From positions 7,192,001-7,256,000 of the forward strand of contig CM069163.1 in assembly GCA_035221665.1 (NCBI GenBank): a DNA stretch of 64,000 nucleotides. The letters run 5' to 3'. This document shows, piece by piece, positions 1-11,651 of the stretch (position 1 is the stretch's first letter; each line of letters begins with the position of its first letter). This DNA comes from Okamejei kenojei. Taxonomy: Eukaryota. Under the pieces are notes generated by a model that did no database searches, had not been told where the DNA came from, and saw nothing but the letters and a program-made list of their open reading frames with translations. The position numbers and the translations under genes were made by a program.

Positions 1-1367
1 CACTCTCAGTCAGCTGTTGACCAGCCTGAGCATAATTAAGGTAGGTCATGCACACTGACCCCCATGTGGACAACTAATATAGTTAAATGTGGACACCAAA
101 TGTCATCTTTCTTATTCATCAGTACAAAGTTCCCCACCCCTTTAAAATACCAATCTGCTGCCATTTTTAACATCCCCCTCTTCAAGCTGTCATCTCACAG
201 TGGTCGCTGCCAGCAGAGTGAATTAGCATTCTAACTGATGTGCTGCTATTCTCAGATGATTTACTGTGGTAGGATAACTAATGGCCTCCCTACTGGAAAT
301 GGAACCAATAATCAATGTCTCATCAATGTAAGAGTACCAATTAGACCCTCTGTTACACAGCCACAATACCAGAACATTCCAGCCAAGGTCAGAAACTGTT
401 TCAAATATACAAACCTGGTTAAAAGAACTGCCCTATCTATCATTTGACCAATCTGATTAAGCATGCTAAAAAAAGAGAAAAGAAATGGCCTGCACGGCGA
501 GATTAAATGAGAAAATGTTCTTTAAACAACATTAGAATCTTATAAGCAAAGCAACATTCTGTCCGTAATAATTTATAGACAGTCATGATAAATACTATTT
601 GTACATGACAGACACATGAAATAATAAACCTTGCTGCTATAAACATTACCAAATACTGACACTATTGATTTATTAAGTCCAACAGTGACATCAAACAGAA
701 TAACTGACACAAACAATGTCGTTGCTTTAAGTGCCGTTTGTCAGCGATTAATTCTGCCAAACAGGTTTAGTTATGCTGTGACTGCTGTCTAGCACTTGTC
801 AATCCAAGCAAGAATTACTAGCGCCACACGCGTGGAAACTCATGCTCAAAGCTGTGCTGTTAGCCCTCATTACCCCAGTCATTGTAACTGAGAAGCAAGT
901 CTAGCCCCTGTTTAATATGCATGTTAATTATGTAAATTATTAATTGGGCTGGTGCTTTAGGTCTTGTAATTTATGCCTGGATTAAGTAAATAATTGTATC
1001 TAGCATCATTTTAATCCTAACCTGTGAATGACATGAACTGGTCTGAAACTGACATTCATATGATTTGGCTTCTGCACATCAGCTCCATTAGGTTACATGT
1101 GTAGGCCATGCTCATGAATATCTGCATGCAAGACAACGAGAGTACACTTTAAGGGAAACTGCTTCTAGGCATTCTTGAGCTATAGGACTTGGAAAATTTG
1201 CTTTCAATACAATAACTGCACTTTACCGGATGGATTTGCCCAATATTACAACATTATCCAAACCTGACGTTCAGGAACTGTCTTAATTTAAAGGAATATT
1301 CTTTCTGGCTGGAAAAGAAAATAATAATTTTCAGTAATTTCTAGGAAGTTAAGTAAAAAATATTGCT

Positions 1368-2120
1368 TCATCTTAGGCAGTCTCTTGGGATCGAGGGTAA
1401 TTTGCTTCCACTCAGTTTCTGTGGGTTCTAAGGTGACTGATGAGGCCAATATTGCTCCTGCAGAGCCGTTCACAGATGGGGCAGGAAATGCCTGACAAGA
1501 CAGGTGTGTTTACGAGATGATATGCTCCTTCTTCTGTTCATCTGCTCATGATATGGAGTCTTCAGGTTCTCAATGCCGCACAGAGAAGCTCTCTCCATTT
1601 TGAGCCATCTTAAGCCAGGGACTCCCAGGAGTATGTGGGTTTGCTGCAATTTTTTAGGACACATTTAAATATTTTTTTATTTGTCCCCCTGATAAAATCT
1701 CCTCTTGGACAGAGCTTGGAATTCAGCACCTTTTTAAGATTCTGTTGGACTTGATCTGCTCTATCACGATGGTTAGTGTAATAAGAACCTCAGTGCTGGG
1801 AAAGTTTGCATAGAAGACAAAATGGCCCTTGATTTTGTTTTCATCTTTCCAGTGTATTTGGAGCATTTTGAGGAAATAGTACTGGTGGTATTTCCCCAGT
1901 TTTATGTATAAGTAATCAAAGACTCAGAAACAGATGGGAAAGCAGTAATCAATGATGCACGAGTTGTATGTCCAGTCTGAGATGTTGATTTGCCAACACC
2001 CTTTTCCTCAGTCACAATAGTGCACTAAAGATAATTGTGGAGTTCATAATCAGAATATGCTTTTGCTGAGAGCTGACTCCCAAGAGAAGTGAAGTTGTCT
2101 AAGTTTGCCAGATCTCACCA
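1368..2120 (-). mobile_element. Degenerate RTE-clade LINE, 3' part
   Basis: The minus strand encodes a broken RTE-like C-terminus (GGQxKxFK...SWESLA..S.KWR-like), followed by a 3' tail ending in the reverse complement of 'tcatcttaggcagtctcttgggatcgagg'. Many stops; 5' boundary approximate. Confidence 0.55.
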
Positions 2121-3050
2121 TGAGCCAGTTCTTTAATATTTTAAATTCTCATTTAATTGTCTTAATGTTAACATATTTATAGAAGATGATTTTTAACGCC
2201 GTCATATAACCCATATACATTTCAGAATACACAATTATAGCAACATTAGTAATGTAAAATAAATTAAGAATGAGATCCCAACTTCAGTTTACAAATATGA
2301 TTAATGGCACCATTCCAAAATGGATCAAAAGTTTAATATTTTAAAATGTATAGTTAATAGCTAAAATGAAAGGGACAAGTGCAGCAAGCAGGGAGAGCAG
2401 TGGACGTGTGGGATCATTAAAACGTGGAGAACTTCTGTAATTGCGAGAAAGGGATTCTAATCCCAAAGACAAATCAAGCAGAAGCCCAGCACGCAATTTC
2501 TGATAAAATGGGAAGCCTGTTGTGATATTACAGTAAATTTGGCTGTAAAAAGAACCTGAAACTCCTACCTGTGGGGCATCTCTCCCTTAAAACAGCACTA
2601 GCGTCTTCAAACACCCCAATGTTTAAAACAGCTACAGTACATGACATTGTTGAAGGAGGGAATTCCCAGATGGTCATTCAAAAAATTTAAGCTTTGTCAA
2701 GTCATCAGTGAAGTATAAATTATTGACAGGTCATACAACTTTATCTAAAAAGAGTATGAGCTGATGTATTTCCTCTTTATCATTAAATCAAAGAGTCATA
2801 TTGACAAAAAAATTAAAATTGTGGTTGACGTGGATCGTGACAGCCAGTATTGGCATGATTGGAGTATTTGACATACATTGATCCAGTCATTCAGATACTT
2901 ATCTGTTGACAATGTTGTGACAAAATACAAACATTAGAATGTTTTTTAGTCTTCGGTGCATAAGTGGGCAGTTAACATATGCAGAAATAAGAAATGTAGT
3001 CTAAATGAGATGGACGTTCATTCAATGTGAAGTCAGCATGTCACTATGTA

Positions 3051-4677
3051 CAGTGCCCTCCATGATGTTTTGGACAAAGACCCATCATTTATTTATTTGC
3101 CTCTGTACTCCACAATTTGAGATTTGTAATAGAAAAAAAAACCACATGTGGTTAAAGTGCACATTGTCAGATTTTATTAAAGGCAATTTTTATACATTTT
3201 GGTTTCACCATTTAGAAATTACAGCTGTAATCCCCCCATTTTTCAGGGCACCATAGTGTTTGGGACACATAGCTTCACAGGTGTTTGTAATTGCTCAGAT
3301 ATGTTTAAATGCCTCCTTAGTGCAGGTAAAAGAGAGCTCTCAGCACCTAGTCTTTCCTCCAGTCTTTCCATCACCTTTGGAAACTTTTATTGCTGATTAT
3401 CAACATGAGCACCAAAGTTGTGCCAATGAAAGTCAAAGAAGCCATTATGAGACTGAGAAACAAGAGTAAAACTTTTAGACATCAGCCAAACCTTAGGCTC
3501 ACCAAAATCAGCTGTTTGGAACATCATTAAGAAGAAAGAGACTACTGGCGAGCTTACTAATCGCAAAAGGACTAGCAGGCCAAGGAAGACCTCCACAGCT
3601 GATGACAGAAGAATTCTCTCTATAATAAAGAAAATTCCCCAAACACGTGTCCGACAGATCAGACACACTCTTCAGGAGTCAGGTGTGGATTTGTCAATGA
3701 CCATTGTCTGCAGAAGACTTCATGAACAGAAATACAGAGACTACGCTGCAAGATGCAAACTGCTGGTTAGCCGCAAAAATATGATGGCCAGGTTACAGTT
3801 TGCCAAGAAGTACTTAAAAGAGCAACCACAGTTCTGGAAAAAGGTCTTCTGGACAGATGAGATGAAGATTAACTTATATCAGAGTGATGGCAAGAGCAAA
3901 GTATAAAGGAGAGAAGGAACTGCCCAAGATCCAAAGCATACCACCTCATCTGTGAAACACGGTGGCGGGGGTGTTATGGCCTGGGCATGTATGGCTGTTG
4001 AAGGTACTGGCTCACTTATCTTCATTGATGATACAACTGCTGATGGTAGTAGCATAATAAATTCTGAAATCTATAGACACATCCTATCTGCTCAAGTTCA
4101 AACAAATGCCTCAAAACTCATTGGCTGGCGGTTCATTCTACAGCAAGACAATGATCCCAAACATACTGCGAAAGCAACAAAGGAGTTTGTCAAAGCGAAT
4201 AAATGGTCAAGTCAATCACCCAATCTGATCCCAATTGAGCATGCCTTTTATATGCTGAAGGGAAAACTGAAGGGGACTAGCCCCCCAAACAAGCATAAGC
4301 TAAAGATGGCTGCAATACAGCCTTGGCGGAACATCACCAGAGAAGACACCCAGCAACTGGTGATGTCCATGAATCGCAGACTTCAAGCAGTCATTGCATG
4401 CAAAGGATATGCAACAAAATACTAAACATGACTATTTTCATTTACATGCCATTGCTGTGTCCCAAACATTATGGTGCCCTAAAATTGACTATGTATAAAC
4501 ACTGCTGTAATTTCTACATGGTTAATCCAAAATGTATAAAAATGGCCTTTATTAAAATCTGACAATGTGTACTTTAGCCACATGTGATTTTCTTCTTATT
4601 CCAAATCTCAAACTGTGTAGTACAGAGGCAAATAAATAAATGATGGGTCTTTGTCCCAAACATTATGGAGGACACTG
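3051..4677 (+). mobile_element. Full-length Tc1/mariner DNA transposon (IR/DR type, 1627 bp), copy 1
   Basis: TA|CAGTGCCCTCCATGATGTTTTGGACAAAGACCCATC... at 3051 and ...GATGGGTCTTTGTCCCAAACATTATGGAGGACACTG|TA at 4677. ITRs of about 220 bp with inner direct repeats (about 3244-3268 and 4457-4480). TA target duplication at both ends. Confidence 0.96.
3405..4425 (+). pseudogene. Tc1 DDE transposase, inactivated
   Basis: ATG at 3405 (MSTKVVPMKVKEAIMRL), frameshift near 3480, a GRPRKT-like motif, WTDEMK (first D), TGG>TAA stop at 3904, VKHGGGGVMAWAC, QQDNDPKHT (second D), SPNLIPIE (E), ending GYATKY*. Confidence 0.93.
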
Positions 4678-4951
4678 TAGAATGCTCAACACACTTAACT
4701 AGTTTTGTGCACCATTTCTTGATCGTTAAATACATTTAAATATCAAATTAATTTCTGCATTAATCAATATACCATTCCATGAAAAAAAATAACTATTCTG
4801 TAACAACCAATGAAAATTGCATCCAATTGAATACTGTAAATCATTAAACATAAGGGATCAAAAATAATAATTAAATCCATCTTTTCAAGCAGCAAACAAT
4901 TTTCCTTATGAAATATTAGCCGAAAAACATATACGGATGTCAGATAAACAA

Positions 4952-5050
4952 GGGGAACGGGTTACATTGGAGGAACGGGTGAGTGGTGGAAACGGGTTGT
5001 GTTGGGGGAATGGGTGAGTGTTGGATTGTTGCGTTGGGGAAACGGGGCCC
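4952..5050 (+). mobile_element. Fragment of the Helitron-like family seen at 17341-17826 (G-rich internal minisatellite)
   Basis: The repeated units ggggaacgggt / gagtggtgga / ttgcgttgggga are the reverse complement of 'cccgttccccaacgcaatattccaccactcaccc' at 17401-17434. Confidence 0.7.
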
Positions 5051-5713
5051 CAATTGTACAGGTTTCTGTCCCATGCAGTTTCTTCATCATGTCCCAGTTT
5101 TCCAGCAGCAATGGCTAATGTGCATTGACCACTGATTGATGATGTGCAAGTATATGAAGTTTATATAGATGATGTGCAAGTATATAGTTTTTCATATATC
5201 TGTACAAAGTGGACAGTTCGATTGTAATCATGTATAATCTGTCCACTGACTGGTTAGCACACAACAAAAAGCTTTTCACTTATCCTCAATACATGGCAAT
5301 AAACTAACTTAAACTAAACTTAATGACTATTTCCAACATTTCCTATTTTGATTTGAAACTCAATTGGTTTTATTTTACACATTTCAACAATATTGAGTAA
5401 TTAAATACAGGAATTTTAATATTTTGCTTAAATGACGCCGGCCAATGAAATGAAATACTTCTGTGATTTTACCAGTTACACAACTGATATGTTGTGTAGA
5501 ACAGTTGGTAATACAGTAAGAATACTCCCATGCATGTAGAATACAGAAGAGGAAAATGATTCATAGGCTTCCAAGCGCATGAAGTTCACATACAGAAAGA
5601 CAACGGGCAAATAGCTGTGCATCATCAATCAGTGGACAATGCACATTCGCCATTGCTGCTGGAAAACTGGGACATGATGAAGAAACTGCATGGGACAGAA
5701 ACCTGTACAATTG
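5051..5713. repeat. 94-bp near-perfect inverted repeat (arms 5051-5144 and 5620-5713)
   Basis: The arms match at 92/94 positions as reverse complements (read by eye), with a 475-bp spacer. Confidence 0.95.
5200..5321 (+). mobile_element. 3' tail of a Rex1/Babar-like element
   Basis: 'attgtaatcatgtat...gactggttagcacacaacaaaaagcttttcact...caataaactaa..aaactaaact' resembles the tail at 12045-12145. Confidence 0.55.
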
Positions 5714-6389
5714 TAAGCTATGCCACTATCTGGAAAATCACAACTGAAGTCAGAAAATAATGGGCAGCTTTTCACAGTGTTCTTTACAAAAAAGAATGAG
5801 TGAAGAAAATCTTCGAAAGTCCTCTGTATGCCAGCTTCCAATGTGTCCAATTGGTAGTCGGTGGAGTGGAGTGTCCACTTCTTCCTCTCATCCAACCATT
5901 AGTTTAGGTAATCTATGTCAGACTCATTATTTGGAAGATAAGAACTTTTAAGAACTCCCACCATGATAGATCCTGCAGCTAAGTTCACTCAGTTGACAGT
6001 TGCTACATACATCTGGGATTCATGACACTCATAAGCATGAGTCACTGCACATCCCGAAAGTCGCTCCACTGCCCAGACATAAAACTCATGGGCCCGTTTC
6101 ACAGTGCAATTTTGGCACGCACCCTTTAACTTTACTCTCCTAATAACTTAGTAAATAGTTGTATCACCCTGTGTGGTTTTCCACAGCAACTTTGTTCCTC
6201 AAAAATATTCCCTCCACAAGCTAGAAATTTCTTTCAATTGATTAGTACAAACAAGAGTGTTTGAAATACACCGCATGTTAAATACGAGTGAACCTATTTT
6301 CCAAAAGAAATAGAAATTCCACACTAAAACCCAGTAAAACATACAATCTCCCATAAATGCCTGATGGCATCGTAGACTGCTTCTTTTAT

Positions 6390-6487
6390 GTCTGAAGAAG
6401 TGTATCGGCCCGAAACGCCACCCATTCCTTCTCTCCATAGATGCTGCCTGTCTCGCTGAGTTACTCCAGCATATTGTGTCTAGCTTC
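6390..6487 (+). mobile_element. Penelope-derived short element with hammerhead-like core
   Basis: CTGAAGA at 6392 ... CCCGAAACGCC, then the family body 'ttctctccatagatgctgcctgtctcgctgagttactccagc'. Confidence 0.75.
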
Positions 6488-7189
6488 TTTTTAAGAGTTG
6501 GGTGTCAGAAGATAGTTTAAAGATCTACAGCCTGGGAAACCAGCATACTGTGTGTGTATTGTTTTAAGTTTATTTTTACTTTTATTGTGAATATTTAAAC
6601 TAAATGACCTCTATTATTAAAGCCTCACAGACAACTGTCATCTTTGGCAACTCTCTATCATCTCAATTCCTAATGAGGTCATACACCCCAAGTTGAGAAC
6701 CTTTGATCTACACCACATGAATTGAATTCATCTGACACCAACCCCCTCATCCAGCCTCCTTTTAGCACACATGATTGTGCAGCAATGGCTAATATTGAGT
6801 GATGACATTTATTCATGAAAATCTTTGTCACAACATTACACTGAAGATTCTTGTTTGCTAATCCTATGCTTGGAAATTTAAAACATGGGAAAAATGTTTG
6901 TTCAATTTCAAAGCTACAAACTTTAATATGCAAAAGGCAGCAGAAGGAAGCAATGGTCCAGAAGCTTGAAGATTCACACCCCAGGATGCAATGTAGTTGG
7001 GACTATTGCAGCTTGCAGATTAAAAGGAAAAGCAACTTCATGACCAAGAAAAAATGAAACACAAAATAGCAAAGCAGTAAAAGAGAAGCTGTCCACAGAA
7101 AAAAAGAAAAATAATTGGATTATGAAAATTCCAGACTGTTAATTATCTAACATTCCCATGAGATTCCCAAGTTGGAAAGGCTACATAAA

Positions 7190-7475
7190 AGATTTACAAG
7201 GATATTGCCAGGACTCGAGGGCCTGAGCCATGGGGAGAGGTTGAGCAGGCTGAAACTGCTTGCAGTAGGATGAGGGGTGATCATATAGAGGTGTAATAAT
7301 CATGACAGGAAAAGATCGGGTAAAAGCACCCTCGCCCAGAGTAGAGGAATCGAGAACCAGGGAACATAGGTTTGATGTGAAGGGGGAAAGATTTAATAGG
7401 AACCCGAGGAGTTACATTTTCACACAAAATGTGGTTGATGTATGGTACAAGCTGCTAGAGGAGGTAGTTGAGGGA
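7190..7475 (+). mobile_element. CR1 LINE fragment (ORF2 C-terminus)
   Basis: Degenerate RFTRILPGLEGLSHGERL...SRTREHRFDVKGERFNRN...FTQNVV. Confidence 0.8.
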
Positions 7476-7482
7476 CCTTTGG

Positions 7483-7984
7483 ACAGCAAGACATGATCCA
7501 AAACATACTGCGAAAGCAGCAAAAGAGAAAATTGAGCATGCCTTTTATATGCTGAAGAGAAAACTGAAGGGGACGAACCCCAAAAACAAGCGTAAGCTAA
7601 AGATGGCTGCAATGCAGGCCTGGCAGAGCATCACCAGAGAAGATACCCAGCAACTGGTGATGTCCATGAATCGCACACTTCAAGCAGTCATTGCCTGCAA
7701 AGTATATGCAACAAAATACTAAAATACTAAATGACTACTTTCATTTACATGGCATTGCTGTGTCCAAAACATTATGATGCCCCGAAATGGAGAGGACTGT
7801 GTATAAACACAGCTGCAATTTCTACACGGTGAAACCAAAATGTATAAAAATGGCCCTTATTAAAATCTGACAATGTGCACTTTAACCACATGTGATTTAT
7901 TTATGTTACAAATCTCAAATTATGGAGTACAGAGGCAAATAAATAAACGATGGGTCTTCGTCCCAAGCATTATGGAGGGCACTG
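7483..7984 (+). mobile_element. Tc1 copy 2: 3' part plus right ITR only
   Basis: Matches copy 1 from QQDN onwards (HDPKHTAKA...IEHAFYMLK...YATKY*). Ends CATTATGGAGGGCACTG|TA, with an internal deletion before IEH. Confidence 0.93.
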
Positions 7985-8602
7985 TATGTATTGTTGATAT
8001 TATTCATAAAAATAATGCCCAGTAACATAAATGTGCATTCACTTTTCCATTCAAAACAGCTTTGCCACATGCATAAATGGAACTTTCTGTGACACCTGCA
8101 GCAGCACGTTTGGGGTGATCTTCCTATTGAAGCAAGTCTATGAATTCTGCAAGCAGCATGTGCAATGTAATTCCAGATGTTTCAAAATGCTCTAGCAGTC
8201 ATCTGAGCAAACGAAGAAGAATCTTTAAACTTAATACTTAAACATCTTAGTGTGTTTTAAATGTGTAATTACTCTACCCCCACCCCTCCAGCAGATTAAC
8301 CTAAATTCATCTAGCTCAGGAAGAGCTGCCAGAATGTAGAAAGTTATACCGGGAATTTTCTTCTCCTTTCCATAAATCATGAAGCATTAACTCCAATCTC
8401 ACAAAATGAGAAATTATGAAGTATAATTAACAGATGCCCCTAGCAGTTACAATTCTCTGGAAGCTTCATGGCAGTACATACAGACTTGAGGATAGGAGCA
8501 AGAGTTTGAGTACTGACCGATCTGATTGTGAGTGCAACTCCTCATTCCTGTCTGCCCGTGGTTATGATTCATCTTCTTGCTTATCAATAACTTTCCACCC
8601 AA

Positions 8603-9060
8603 AATCATAGGGTCATACAGTGTGGAAACAGGCCCTTCAGCCCAACTTACACACACTGGCCAACATGTCCCAGCCACACTAGTCTCATCTGCCTACATCT
8701 GGCCTATATCCCTCTAAATCTGTCCTATCCATGTGCTCGTCTAATTTTTTCTTAAACCTTTGAAAAAGATTTCCAAAGATTCATGATCCTGATGAAAAAA
8801 TATTTTGATTCACCAATGTCCTAAATGGGCAAACCATGACTTTTAAATTGTGACCCTCAGTTCTCAATTGTTCCAAGAAACATCCTCACCATATTGATCT
8901 ATCAAGATCTTACACATTTGTATATTTCATTCTTTTAAACTCCAGTGGATACAAGCCTATCCAAACTTTTCTCATATGACAAATTATTTATTCCAAGTAT
9001 CAATCTAACTGCTAACACTTCCAAATGCATAAACATTCTTCCTTAAATAACCAAGCCCAT
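8603..9060 (-). mobile_element. CR1 3' end and older CR1 remnant
   Basis: 'catagggtcatacagtgtggaaacaggcccttcagccca' is the typical CR1/HER1 3' terminus in reverse orientation. Confidence 0.65.
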
Positions 9061-9380
9061 CTCATTACCAGGTCTTGTACAGCTTGCTCTCTGGTTGCCC
9101 GCAGAACTTGCTGCTCTGAAAACTCCTCATCTTGACTATCTTTATCCATCTACTCTTCCAAAGAAAATGATGGGCAGCAGTGCAACAATGTGGTGAGTGG
9201 TGAGGCCACAATGTTCATCAATGGAATGAAGATAACATGTGCTACACGAGTGTACAGTGGGAAAATTCCATTGGTTTTGTACCATCACCAGAGATAAGTA
9301 TCTGCTGAACCACGACATTCCAAACCTGCCACATTCTAATCGTAAACTCACATTATCCACTTCAGACAACATAAGATAAC

Positions 9381-9560
9381 GGGCGGCACGGTGGCGCAGC
9401 GGTAAAGTTACTGCCTTACAGCTCCAGAGACCTGGGTTCAATCCTGACCACAGGTGCTGTCTGTATGGAATTTGTATTTTCTCCCCGTGACCTGGGTGGG
9501 TTTTCTCCAGGAGCTCCGGTTTACTCCCATGCTCAAACGATGTACAAATTTGTAGATTAA
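9381..9560 (+). mobile_element. tRNA-derived V-SINE/HE1-like SINE, 3' truncated
   Basis: GGGCGGCACGGTGGCGCAGCGGTA (A box), GGTTCAATCC (B box), V-domain 'ttctccccgtgacctgggtgggttttctcc'. Confidence 0.88.
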
Positions 9561-10193
9561 GCAATATGCAAAAGGTTATTAAAAGTCTGATAATGTCAAA
9601 ACAAAATTGCCCAAGTCAAATATGCAAATACAATCATTTGCATTATATTAATTAATTATTGACAAATTTTTCAAAAACATCTTGTGTCAGGTTTAAAAAG
9701 AAAGAAATGTTTTCAATATAATCGAAAAGTTACGATGAAGAATACTATTGAGTCATTGCATCCATGCTGGCCTAAAGAGAACAATCTAAAGCATTTCTAA
9801 GTCCCAGTTCTCTGTCCATTATGCAGCCGCAGAGATCTTTAATGAGATCAAGCTTTCCAAATGCACTTTAATCAATGAGGAACCTTCCATTGTACTTTAT
9901 TAATGAGAAGGTGTGATAACAGTGCACCTTTATAATACCCTCACATCCCCCACGTGATATCTCTTGGGTAACAGGATGGAAGCCAAAGAAACAACACAAC
10001 ATTACACAAATGGGGATAATCGGGAATATTTCAATATGTGCAGGCAGATAGAGGTAAGTACTGCAAAAACTAAATAATTCCAGGAAATTCTTCCACTGGC
10101 ATTCAAAGTTAAATTTATTCATTTGACTCTAAATAGGAATGACAAAATCTTTGTAATCCAGCAAATATGTCATCCTACTTGTATCCACACAGG

Positions 10194-10290
10194 GTACACA
10201 AAAGGCTGGAGAAACTCAGCGGGTGCAGCAGCATCTAAGGAGCGAAGGAGATAGGCAATGTTTTGGGCGAAACCTTTCTTCAGACCCACA
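10194..10290 (-). mobile_element. Penelope-derived short element with 19-bp TSD
   Basis: Family body in reverse, ending 'cttcagac'. Flanked by ctac(t/g)tgtatccacacagg at 10175-10193 and 10291-10309. Confidence 0.8.
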
Positions 10291-11269
10291 CTACGTGTAT
10301 CCACACAGGTTGTATTTCCATACATTCTATTGTTCATTTTCCAACTTGGTTATACAAATTATTTCAAGAGTTATACATCTCATTCCACACAGCCTCTTTA
10401 GTTATACAAAATTCCTTCTGTAAGCAATACATCTCAGTTTTGCTTTGCTTCTTTTTGTTCTAATTTGGGAAACTGAAATGAAAGAAATCTATGCCAATGA
10501 ACCAACGTAATAAGATTTTGTCAGAACTCTCAGGATAATAGAGCAGTTCCAACAATAGGTATAGACCAAATTTTTTTGCTTTTCATTCCAAAATGATCAC
10601 TAGCATGCTATAAGTCATGTAACATTTGAAGATAAAATGGTACAAAACAACAATTTCAGGAGAATCAGGGGAATAGCTGCAAAGTGCAATATTTATGCCA
10701 CCATTTCACTCACAATGAAGCTTCACATTGGCTCACTTGTGAAAACTGGAGCCTTTTAGTTAAAAGTAAGCACGGAAAAATTAGATTTGGAACTGAACAT
10801 TCATTGAACCGAATCGTTCACTTGGTGCATCTCTCCATAAAGGGTGTCAGACTTCCTCAGTATTTCCAGCATCATCTATTTCCATCAAAATAAAATAATT
10901 AGGTTCATTGCTATGCCCTGTAGCCCAATGAATTAGAATTTGGTACATTTTCAGTAATGCATTTCATGGTACTCTAAAATGTTTCAGACACCTAACGAAA
11001 ACCAAACTTTTAAGTTTAATGTTTCTGTGATGGAGAATACTTTCATTTGTCTGCCATTCGTGTAGAATGGGGAGGAGGAGAAAAGTGATTTGCACTGACC
11101 AAGAGCAAGGGCTAAGCTGTGAATAATAAGTAAGCTACACGCATCTTAGCCCTTATTTTTCAAGGGCTAAGCTGCGAATTGTCTAAGCTAAAACAAAGTT
11201 TTGAATGGATGCCTGGTCTTATCCTAGACTAGGAAAACTGTTTTACAAGTGACAGTATTTATGTAATGT

Positions 11270-11386
11270 TCAAGAAAGAACTGCAGATGCTGGAAAAATT
11301 GAAGGTAGACAAAAATGCTGTAGAAACTCAGCGGGTGAGGCAGCATTTATGGAGCGAATGAATAGGTGACGTTTCGGGTGGAGACC
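11270..11386 (-). mobile_element. Penelope-derived short element with about 12-bp TSD
   Basis: gaactgcagatgctgg...ataggtgacgtttcgggtggagacc. Flanks tttatgt(a/c)atgt at 11258-11269 and 11387-11398. Confidence 0.8.
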
Positions 11387-11651
11387 TTTATGTCATGTGT
11401 TGGTGGATGATGAGTATGGCTAAGAAACCTGAATGAGACTTTTAATGCCCTCTTGAAAATGACCTTAAACCACTAAAATGACCTTGAACTGAAAATCACA
11501 ATCAAATTCAAAATATTAAACAGAACTGAAAATGATGCATCATGTGGATTAAAACTATCTACATCATTTGTATCAACAATAATATTTTTAATAGAAACTT
11601 AAAACAAGAGTACAAGAAAGGTTAACCTTTGAATACCTGCATTTACATAAT

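Noticed and set aside
9381-9450. tRNA gene-like A/B boxes (also 28617, 32158, 59517)
   Set aside because: They continue into SINE V-domains and do not form complete cloverleaves, so they are SINE heads.
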